64,000 nucleotides of DNA from Candidatus Eiseniibacteriota bacterium (GTDB taxonomy: Bacteria > Eisenbacteria > RBG-16-71-46 > CAIMUX01 > VGJL01): contig JBHGAY010000027.1 of NCBI GenBank assembly GCA_041946735.1, positions 1 through 64,000 of the forward strand, written 5' to 3'. Made by a program: the position numbers and the translations under genes. The notes under the pieces were generated by a model, which was not told where the DNA came from, ran no database searches, and saw only the letters and a list, made by a program, of their open reading frames with translations. Each line of letters begins with the position of its first letter. The stretch's first letter is position 1. Shown here piece by piece: positions 56,905-64,000 of this stretch.

Positions 56905-56960
56905 CGGACCTCGGCCCGCGCTAGCGGACGTCGGCCCGCGCTAGCGGACGTCGGCCCGCG
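56894..56960. repeat. 20-bp tandem repeat, 3.3 copies, between convergent genes
   Basis: GCCCGCGCTAGCGGAC(C/G)TCG at 56894, 56914, 56934. Confidence 0.9.
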
Positions 56961-58128
56961 CCGCGCGGAACCCGGGCAGCGCCCGCTCCACCATCCCGTC
57001 CGAGGCGGTGAGGCTCACGCGGAACCACCCGGGCACTTCGACGAAGGTCCCCGGAAGCACGAGGATCTTCTGCCGGGCGAGCACCTCCAGGAACTTCTGG
57101 TCGTCGTCGATCGGCGAGCGGACCATCACGTAGAACGTCCCCTCCGGCATCGTCGTCTCGTATCCGATCTCCCGGAGAGCGGGAACCAGGCGGTCGCGCC
57201 GCCGCTCCAGCGCTCCGACGTCGATCGAGAGCGTCTCCAGGTCCTCGATCGCGTGCTGGAGCAGGGCGTTGGGAAAGGCGTACCCGGTCGCGAGCTGCTC
57301 GATCATCAGCGACTCGCGAAACGATTCACGGTCCGGGAACGACGGCGGAACGGCGATGTAGCCGATGCGCATGCCCGGGGCCAGGAGCGTCTTGCCGTAG
57401 GAATAGGTCACGACGGTCTTGGGGATCACCTCGGCGGGACTGTGAAAGCTCCTGCCATCGAACAGGATTCGATTGTACGGCTCGTCGGAGATCAGCGTGA
57501 TCGACCGCCCGGTCCGCGCCGCGCTTCGCCGCAGCACCTCGGCCAGTTCCGTCCACGTGTCGAGCGTGTGCACCCGGCCGGACGGATTGTGAGGGCTGTT
57601 GACGATCAGCGCCGCGGTGCGCGGAGTGATCGCGCGTTCGATCGCTTCGAAGTCGATGTCGAACCTCGGCGGGGCCAGCCGAACGCGCACCGGCTCCGCC
57701 CCCGCGGCGAGAATCAGCTCCTCGTAGAAGAACCAGGGGGGAGAAAGGAAGATGACCTCCTCGCCCGGCTCGACGCTCGCCCGGATGGCAACGGCCAGAG
57801 CAGCGAAACCGCCGTTCGTCATCGCCACGTCGGCCGGATCCCACGCGAGCGCGGTCCGCCGCGCTAGTCCGCGCGCCACCGCCTCCTGGGAACGAGGCTC
57901 CGATAGCTTGTAGGCGAACCAGTCCTTGTCCTGCGGCACGATGTGCTTCTGCAAGGCCTGGACGTAGCCGGCCAGCGGCATCTCCTGCGGATTGCCCACG
58001 GCGAAGTTCGCCACCTCCGGGTCCCGGTTCAGCTCCTCGAACGGGCCCGTGAAGAAAGCCATGAAAGGAGCGATGCTCTGCCGGAGCCTCTCGCGGCGGG
58101 ACATGCCTGCGTGCGTCTTCGTTTCCAT
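56941..58128 (-). CDS. PLP-dependent aminotransferase class I/II (aspartate aminotransferase-like)
   Basis: NSPHNPSG, SDEPY, SYGKTLLAPGMRIGY, PEGTFY, FRVSL. Confidence 0.9.
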   Translation of the reverse strand: METKTHAGMSRRERLRQSIAPFMAFFTGPFEELNRDPEVANFAVGNPQEMPLAGYVQALQKHIVPQDKDWFAYKLSEPRSQEAVARGLARRTALAWDPADVAMTNGGFAALAVAIRASVEPGEEVIFLSPPWFFYEELILAAGAEPVRVRLAPPRFDIDFEAIERAITPRTAALIVNSPHNPSGRVHTLDTWTELAEVLRRSAARTGRSITLISDEPYNRILFDGRSFHSPAEVIPKTVVTYSYGKTLLAPGMRIGYIAVPPSFPDRESFRESLMIEQLATGYAFPNALLQHAIEDLETLSIDVGALERRRDRLVPALREIGYETTMPEGTFYVMVRSPIDDDQKFLEVLARQKILVLPGTFVEVPGWFRVSLTASDGMVERALPGFRAARADVR

Positions 58129-58340
58129 CTTGGGTCGCCTCCTGATTGGCCCCTGTCGGTTCGCTCCCGGGCTGGAGCGGCCGCCCTGCGGATGGCGCTG
58201 CGTCGCCGCCGCCGGGGACCGGGGATCGTAGCTTGCCCCGACCGACAAGAGAACCGGCAACTCTCCTTTACGAACGATCCACGGGTGCGCTGCGGCTGCG
58301 CCAGCCATCACGAGGACGGCATGCCCGGCGCTCGAACTCC

Positions 58341-58369
58341 TTGATCGAAGCGGGACCGGGGACTATTCT
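58341..58369 (+). promoter_or_regulatory. Possible sigma70-type promoter
   Basis: TTGATC-N17-TATTCT, upstream of the AGGAGG RBS of the 58423 gene. Confidence 0.4.
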
Positions 58370-58422
58370 ATACGCGCCGCAATGTACTCGGGTGCCGCAG
58401 GCAACACACGAAGGAGGCCCTC

Positions 58423-58983
58423 ATGAATTCATGGCGATTGTTGGTCTGCATCGTTGCCGCGATCGGTCTGCTCGGCGTCACGGGACTCGCACGCGCCGAG
58501 ACGGTCACGTTCGATGAGTACGGGTCCGGGACTCCGATCACCGATCAATATCTGCCGCAAGGAGTCGTGTTCAGCGGGTACGGCGCCGATCCCCCACCGC
58601 AGATCTACGACTATGTCGGCTACATCGGTCGCGTGCTGATCAGCTACGACTGGTACTCGGCGATGGTCATCCGGTTCGTCGAGCCATCCGACCCCGGCAC
58701 GTATCGACCGGTTTCGGAGATCGCCTTCGACAATCCGATCGACTCCGAAGTCGACTACATCGTCGCGCGCGTGTACGACGCGAACGACAACCTGATCTAC
58801 GAGTACACGAGCTCGAGTCCGGAGCGGGTGGAGATTCAGCTCGGCTCCGCCGAGGGCGCCTACATGATCCTCGACGATGACCAGAACACCGCGTACGTGA
58901 TCGACAATCTCTACTTCCTGCCAGGCGCTCCCACGGCGGTCGAGAGCGCGTCGTGGGGCAAGGTGAAGAACCTCTTCCGATAG
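58423..58983 (+). CDS. Small secreted beta-rich protein with C-terminal SWG tail
   Basis: Signal peptide (LARA-E), TVTFDE...ITDQY...GVVFS, IDNL. Ends PTAVESASWGKVKNLFR. Confidence 0.85.
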   Translation: MNSWRLLVCIVAAIGLLGVTGLARAETVTFDEYGSGTPITDQYLPQGVVFSGYGADPPPQIYDYVGYIGRVLISYDWYSAMVIRFVEPSDPGTYRPVSEIAFDNPIDSEVDYIVARVYDANDNLIYEYTSSSPERVEIQLGSAEGAYMILDDDQNTAYVIDNLYFLPGAPTAVESASWGKVKNLFR

Positions 58984-59086
58984 GACCGGGAAGGCGGAGG
59001 AGGCGGCCGCCCGGGGCCGCACACGCTGCACACGATGATCGGCGCGATCGGCGCTCGCGGCTACGGAGCCGCGGGCGCCGATCAGC

Positions 59087-60736
59087 TTACGCCCCGCGGC
59101 TCGCCAGACCGGACAGATCGTCCATCACGGCGACCAGGTTCTCGATTGAGACGGGCTTGACCAGGTGCGCGAGGAAGCCGGCCTTCCGGCTTCGCTCGAT
59201 GTCGGCATCCATCCCGTAGCCGCTCAGGACGATTGCTGGGATCGGGCACTTCTGCCGCACCTTTTCGATCAGGTCGATGCCGCTGCCGTCCGGGAGCCCG
59301 AGGTCGCTGATGAGGAGATCGAACGGGGCATCGGCCGCGGCGGCCTCCGCCGCCTCGTCGAACGCCTGCTGCACCGTCCCGGCCACCGTCACACGATGCC
59401 CGAGGGCTTCCAGCAGCCGCGACAGCATCTCCGCGCTGTCCTCGTGATCCTCTACCAGCAGGATCGTCATCGGACGAGGGGACTTTCGCCTCGCCTCCCC
59501 CTCGCGCCCCTCGAGGCCCACCGCCGCCGGGACCTCGATCGTCCTCATCGTGATGGTGAAGCTTGCGCCCTTTCCGCGTCCCTCGCTCCAAGCCCGGATC
59601 TCGCCTCCGTGGAGTTCGACGAGCGCCTTGCAGATGCTCAGGCCGAGGCCGAGCCCGCCTGCCGACGCGGGGCGGCCTTCGGCCTGCTGGAACGGCTGGA
59701 AGATTCGCGGAAGGAAGCTCGCCTCGAATCCGATCCCGGTGTCGCGGATCTCGATCTCGATCGATTCCGCGCCGTCTTCCACGCGGTTGCCGCTCCGGAC
59801 GTGGACCTTCCCGCGGTCCGGAGTGAACTTCACCGCATTCTTGAGCAGATTCCACAAGACCTGCTCCAGGCGCCCGGGATCCGCCTCGAGGAGGGTGTGC
59901 CTCGCCATCAGATCGAATTCGATGAGAAGCTGCTTCGCCTGGATCTCGGGATGGATCTTCTCGAACGCGTGGCGGATCACCTCGTGCGCGTCCACGACGC
60001 GAGGCTCGAGCATGATCTTTCCTCGCACGATTCGCGTGAGGTCGAGCATGTCGTCGATCAGTCTCGCCTCCAGCTCGACGTTGCGCCGCAGCAGCGCGAG
60101 CATGTCCCGGAGACCGCTCGGAAAGCGACTGTCGCGCTCGAGCAGGTCGATCGCCATCAGCACGGGAGTGAGCGGCGTGCGCAGCTCGTGCGAGAGCATC
60201 GCAAGGAATTCGTCCTTCGCGCGCGTCGCGTCTTCCGCAGCTTCCTTCGCAGCAGCGAGCCGGTCGCGCGTCTCCTCGAGGAGCGCGACGCTGCGCTCGC
60301 GCTCGAGCATGTGATCCCGGATCTGGTATTGCCGCTCGCGGGCCGCCAGCGCCGACCGAACGGCGGCACAGAGTGTCGCCAGATGCACGGGCCTCTCGAG
60401 CGGCACGAGGTTCGGGATCCGTTCCGTCGCCAGCCGGAAGATCGCTGATTCCGCGCCCCCGTGCGCGACGAGGATCACCGGGAGGTCCGACCACTCGGGC
60501 TGATGCGCGAGATGAGACGCTATCCTCTCCAACCGATCGCCGGCGAGCGCCTCCTCGGTCAGAAGGACGAGACCGGCGCCCGCTTGCAGCTCGGAGGCGA
60601 CCTGGTCGATCCCGGCGCAACGGAACACGGCGAAACCGGCCCGCGAAAGCCAGTCCTCGCCGAGCTCCGCATCGCGAGCGGTGGGTGCCAGGATCAGGAC
60701 CCTCAATTCCTCAGGGAGGCGGGCCGTCTCGCTCAC
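59087..60736 (-). CDS. Hybrid histidine kinase (pseudo-REC, HisKA, HATPase, REC)
   Basis: LSHELRTPL, NLLKNAVKFT, DTGIG, GLGLGL, LLVEDH, SDLGLPDGSG. GTGA overlap with kaiC. Confidence 0.93.
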   Translation of the reverse strand: MSETARLPEELRVLILAPTARDAELGEDWLSRAGFAVFRCAGIDQVASELQAGAGLVLLTEEALAGDRLERIASHLAHQPEWSDLPVILVAHGGAESAIFRLATERIPNLVPLERPVHLATLCAAVRSALAARERQYQIRDHMLERERSVALLEETRDRLAAAKEAAEDATRAKDEFLAMLSHELRTPLTPVLMAIDLLERDSRFPSGLRDMLALLRRNVELEARLIDDMLDLTRIVRGKIMLEPRVVDAHEVIRHAFEKIHPEIQAKQLLIEFDLMARHTLLEADPGRLEQVLWNLLKNAVKFTPDRGKVHVRSGNRVEDGAESIEIEIRDTGIGFEASFLPRIFQPFQQAEGRPASAGGLGLGLSICKALVELHGGEIRAWSEGRGKGASFTITMRTIEVPAAVGLEGREGEARRKSPRPMTILLVEDHEDSAEMLSRLLEALGHRVTVAGTVQQAFDEAAEAAAADAPFDLLISDLGLPDGSGIDLIEKVRQKCPIPAIVLSGYGMDADIERSRKAGFLAHLVKPVSIENLVAVMDDLSGLASRGA

Positions 60737-62256
60737 CCCCTCTTCGCCGCCCGATCATCGGAACCCGCGCGGCGCGCGCCGACGATCGACGGCACTCCGG
60801 TCAACACTCCCTGCATGTCGCGCAGCGGCGGTCCGACCGTGATTCCGCGTTCGCCCATACGCAGCTCGCGAATCGTCCTCTCGTGCGGACCACCTCGTTT
60901 CTTGATCACCGAGACCGCCTGACGCATCTCCCCCCTCACCTCGAAGAACCGGATCAAGATCACGTTGTCGGCGAGATAGCTCGCCTCCACGCTCTCCTCC
61001 TTTTCGCCAAACAAGCCGTGCTGAGCGGAGATGAGTAAGGTGAGCACGTCGCGGTGGTTGAGATACGTGAACAGCTCATGCAGATGGACGGCGAGGAAGC
61101 GCTCCGCGGGCATCGAGTGCATGTAGCCGTTCAGGCTGTCGATGACCACGATCTTCGCCTGGTGTTCGTCCACGGCGGCCATCACCGCATGGGCCAGCTC
61201 ACCGGGGGACAGCTCGGCAGGATCGACCGGCTGGAACATCAGCTTCCCGCTGTTCAGATAGGGCTCGAGGTCCATTCCCATCGATCGCGTGCGCATCAGC
61301 AGGATCTGCGGCGTTTCCTCGAACGCGAACACCGCGGCCGTCTGCCCCTGCTGCAGCGCATGGTGAACGTAATGCATCGACAGGGTGGTCTTCCCGCTGC
61401 CGGAGGGCCCAACGACCAGAGTGTTCGAGCCCGACGGCAGCCCGCCCCCCGTCAGCGCATCCAGCTCCGCGATGCCGCTCGTCATGACGCTCGACGAACG
61501 GACGGCCCGATGCTCGGCCGCCACGAGGCGCGGGAAGACTTCGAGCCCGCCGGTCCGGATCGCGAGGTCGTGGAAACCTCCGCTGTAACGAAGGCCCCTC
61601 ATCTTGACGACTTTCATCCGGCGCCGTTGCGCTCCGAAGGCGGGCCAGAACTGCTCGAGCGACAAGACGCCATGGACGAGACTCGCCACCGTCATCTCGT
61701 CCTCCTCCTTGCCGTGATCGAGGAGGAGCACGGTCGCGTCCCGCGAACCGAAGAAATGCTTGATCGCGAGGATCTGATGGCGGAAACGCAGCGTGGTCTG
61801 CGCGAGCAAGCGCATTTCGGACAGCGAATCGATCACGACCCGGACCGGGTTTCTTGTCTCGACCGCCTGCAGGATCGCCTTCGTCGTCTCTCCCAGCTCC
61901 ACCTCGGAGGGATGGAACATCGTGTACTCGGCATCCGCGTCGATCGCCGCGCGCGCCGAAGCGAGGTCGAGGATCTCGAGCCCCTCGAGATTCCACCGAT
62001 GCGAGGCCGCCACCGCCTCCAGCTCGTCCCGCGTCTCGGAGAGCGTGATGTAGAGGCATCGTTCGCCGCGACGAACACCGGCGAGCACAAAGGTCATGCC
62101 GAGAGTCGTCTTCCCCGAACCGGTGTCCCCCTGGATCAGATAGACGCGGCCCGGTGGAAATCCCCCCTGGAGAACCAAGTCGAGACCGGGGATCGACGTA
62201 GGGATGGGCGGCTCGACGCGAGTCGAGTCCGGCTCGAACGGCCCGAAGGAACTCAT
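60733..62256 (-). CDS. kaiC: KaiC-like double-domain RecA ATPase
   Basis: Two Walker A motifs (GDTGSGKT, GPSGSGKT), VIDSL x2, KMRG/KKRG, ASYLADN. RBS before 62256. The frame is open up to an ATG at 62523. Confidence 0.85.
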   Translation of the reverse strand: MSSFGPFEPDSTRVEPPIPTSIPGLDLVLQGGFPPGRVYLIQGDTGSGKTTLGMTFVLAGVRRGERCLYITLSETRDELEAVAASHRWNLEGLEILDLASARAAIDADAEYTMFHPSEVELGETTKAILQAVETRNPVRVVIDSLSEMRLLAQTTLRFRHQILAIKHFFGSRDATVLLLDHGKEEDEMTVASLVHGVLSLEQFWPAFGAQRRRMKVVKMRGLRYSGGFHDLAIRTGGLEVFPRLVAAEHRAVRSSSVMTSGIAELDALTGGGLPSGSNTLVVGPSGSGKTTLSMHYVHHALQQGQTAAVFAFEETPQILLMRTRSMGMDLEPYLNSGKLMFQPVDPAELSPGELAHAVMAAVDEHQAKIVVIDSLNGYMHSMPAERFLAVHLHELFTYLNHRDVLTLLISAQHGLFGEKEESVEASYLADNVILIRFFEVRGEMRQAVSVIKKRGGPHERTIRELRMGERGITVGPPLRDMQGVLTGVPSIVGARRAGSDDRAAKRG

Positions 62257-62519
62257 CGCAGCCTCCGTGAGCGGAGCGTGAAAGCGGACGGCTCTCATCG
62301 TTGTGGGTAGTGGGTAAAGGTTAGGGCGCCGGGCGACTTCCGACAAGGTCGCAGGACCCGGCCTGGCGAAAGGATGGCCGGGGTGGAGCAGGTGCCGGCG
62401 CCGCGGCGGACTGGATGCAGTCGGGCTGGGTGCGAAGGAAGGCGCGGCGCTGCGGCTTGCGGGTAACACGCCGGTATAGCGGCAATCGGCCTTCGCGATC
62501 TCCCCTGGTTCTCGATCTT

Positions 62520-62549
62520 TCATCGTACTTCCTGCCCCTTCTTCATCAT
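62520..62549 (-). CDS. Putative 9-aa bridging mini-ORF (MMKKGQEVR)
   Basis: ATG 62549 overlaps the upstream TGA (62548-46). Its TGA 62522-20 overlaps ATG 62523, which is in frame with kaiC. Confidence 0.3.
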   Translation of the reverse strand: MMKKGQEVR

Positions 62550-63769
62550 TCCTCTAAACGGAAGTGATGGAGACGGTAGCCGTCGCGGTTGAAGCCACAG
62601 AACACGTGACGGCCGAAGCGCGCCAGGTGAGCGATGCCGCGGGCCGGCCCACGATCGATCCGCGCCGTACCGATCCGCGCGCCATTGGACGACCAGGCGG
62701 CGAGGAGTCCGGGGCGCAAGAGGCAGAGGAGCGAAGCGTCGCCTCCGGGTGGGGCAAGGACGAACGGCACGCCACCGTTGCCCCAGGCAGGCGAGGCGTC
62801 AACGAAGAAGCGCTGCAGCCGGACCGTCCCGTCGAGATCCACGCGCGCGAAGCCTCCACCTTCGAGCCGGTCCCATTCGCCGGCGGCCGCGGCGGCGGCG
62901 GAAGCGGGCTCGGGCCCGGCTGCCCAGCAGGCGGTGCCGCCATCCGAGAAGCAGCACCATGTCGGCGCGAAGCCGAGGCGCCGCTCCCAGAGCGGGCGTC
63001 CGATGGCGAGATTGAGGGGGGGCCCGGCCCCCGAGCGGACCAAAGGGACGATGAGCAAGCGATCTCCAGCGCCGATCGCAAGGAGCGAGGCATCGGACGA
63101 AACGGCGAGCGTAGAGATGAGACCGAGGTCGGTGAGATAGATCTCGCGAGGAAGTTCGGGCGCGTCGGGGGAGGCGGCGCCGGGCAGAGGAGCGTCGTGC
63201 CGAGGCACGCGAGGCGGAGTAGAGGCGGGGCGCGCGCCCGGCCGGGGAAGGGCGGCCAGCGCGCCCGAAACGAGGATGCCGGGGGTCGGAGCGTCGGGCA
63301 CGTGATAGCCCGCCGAGCCGGCGGAGACGAGCCTGTCGCCGGCGAGCGCGGCGCACGCGACGTCGCCCGCCCAGCGAGCGGCGAAGGCCGGCACGACATC
63401 TTCCGCCCCTTCGGTCCATGCAGCTGCCGCCTCGAGCAACCGCACCTTCCCGAAATGGTTCAGGAACAGCACGCGGTCGCGGGCGCCGTCGCCCGTCACA
63501 TCGTCACGCGCTCGTTCCCAGAGGAGGGCGTGCGCGTCCAGATCGAACTCCGAGGCTTCTTCGTCCTCGGGAAAGTCCGTTGCGGCGAACCGTCCCCGCC
63601 ACACGATGCGCCCGCCACCGTCGATCACGCCGAAGGAGACATTCTTCCCGAGATTGTTGCAGGCGATCCGGTCGCCGGAGACGGCGAGACGTCCGATTCC
63701 CGGCGCCTGGCGATTCTCGACCGGGCTCGTCGGGTCGGTCGCGATCGTGCCCGCGTAAGCGATCTTCAC
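62546..63769 (-). CDS. Hypothetical protein, probably beta-propeller (WD40-like)
   Basis: Blade-like segments (ISTLAVSSDASLLAIG, CCFSDGG). GTG start approximate. Confidence 0.55.
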   Translation of the reverse strand: MKIAYAGTIATDPTSPVENRQAPGIGRLAVSGDRIACNNLGKNVSFGVIDGGGRIVWRGRFAATDFPEDEEASEFDLDAHALLWERARDDVTGDGARDRVLFLNHFGKVRLLEAAAAWTEGAEDVVPAFAARWAGDVACAALAGDRLVSAGSAGYHVPDAPTPGILVSGALAALPRPGARPASTPPRVPRHDAPLPGAASPDAPELPREIYLTDLGLISTLAVSSDASLLAIGAGDRLLIVPLVRSGAGPPLNLAIGRPLWERRLGFAPTWCCFSDGGTACWAAGPEPASAAAAAAGEWDRLEGGGFARVDLDGTVRLQRFFVDASPAWGNGGVPFVLAPPGGDASLLCLLRPGLLAAWSSNGARIGTARIDRGPARGIAHLARFGRHVFCGFNRDGYRLHHFRLEE

Positions 63770-63798
63770 ACCGTCACACCCGCCTCCCCGGCCTTCAC
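63766..63798 (-). CDS. Putative 10-aa bridging mini-ORF (MKAGEAGVTV)
   Basis: GTG 63798 overlaps the upstream TGA (63797-95). Its TGA 63768-66 overlaps GTG 63769. Confidence 0.3.
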   Translation of the reverse strand: MKAGEAGVTV

Positions 63799-64000
63799 CA
63801 GAGATCGAGATCGTGGAGAGCGTCGAGCACCTGCGCGACCGTGATCCCCGCCATGCAGCGCTCCTCCTCCAGGCGCTCACAGCGCCAGACGGACGCCGGC
63901 GGCTCGTCGGGCGCAAGCCCGTCGCCGGGCGACGCCGGCTCCACTTCCCGCCCCCGCGCCGCCCGAGCGAAGTCCCGGGAGAGGCAGGCAGGATCGCACG
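63795..64000 (-). CDS. Partial gene (C-terminus), probably glycosyltransferase family 9
   Basis: CDPAC...C...ERCMAGITVAQVLDAL resembles the GT9/heptosyltransferase C-terminal motif. Confidence 0.45.
   Translation of the reverse strand, partial: CDPACLSRDFARAARGREVEPASPGDGLAPDEPPASVWRCERLEEERCMAGITVAQVLDALHDLDLW

Noticed and set aside
1..64000. Mobile elements, prophage or defence systems
   Set aside because: No transposase, integrase, reverse transcriptase, phage structural or recognisable defence domains seen.

Overview
A GC-rich bacterial chromosome segment with about 49 protein genes. I recognised no rRNA, tRNA, CRISPR array or mobile element. The secreted proteins carry FlgD/T9SS-like or short 'SWGxxK' C-terminal tails, which suggests Candidatus Eisenbacteria or a related FCB-adjacent lineage (inference). 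From left to right the window holds: a chemotaxis/stator block (partial gene, cheX, cheY, then sigma28-type promoter, motA, motB and a degenerate REC/HD-GYP gene); an EamA transporter and a PLP aminotransferase; a leftward housekeeping operon (yicC-gmk-coaBC-udg-dnaB-radA-ispD-ispF-PP2C); an 870-bp intergenic region with a phased DnaA-box-like array (oriC candidate); rqcH, murA-selB and several secreted hydrolases; a Ser/Thr kinase and an ECF42/DGPF pair; an AraC-methyltransferase-haloperoxidase block; peptidases and twin lipoproteins; and a KaiC-like ATPase coupled to a hybrid kinase. The most striking unexplained pattern is that eight co-oriented gene gaps are exactly spanned by tiny ORFs (7-71 aa). 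Each starts in the upstream stop codon and stops in the downstream start codon, suggesting a translational relay. Other leads are the oriC-like array, the SWG sorting-like tail, a CheY with a MinD-like membrane helix, a pseudo-REC/pseudo-HD-GYP coupled to motB, and an RqcH lacking its decoding motifs. All calls come from reading the sequence by eye; no database search or folding program was run.
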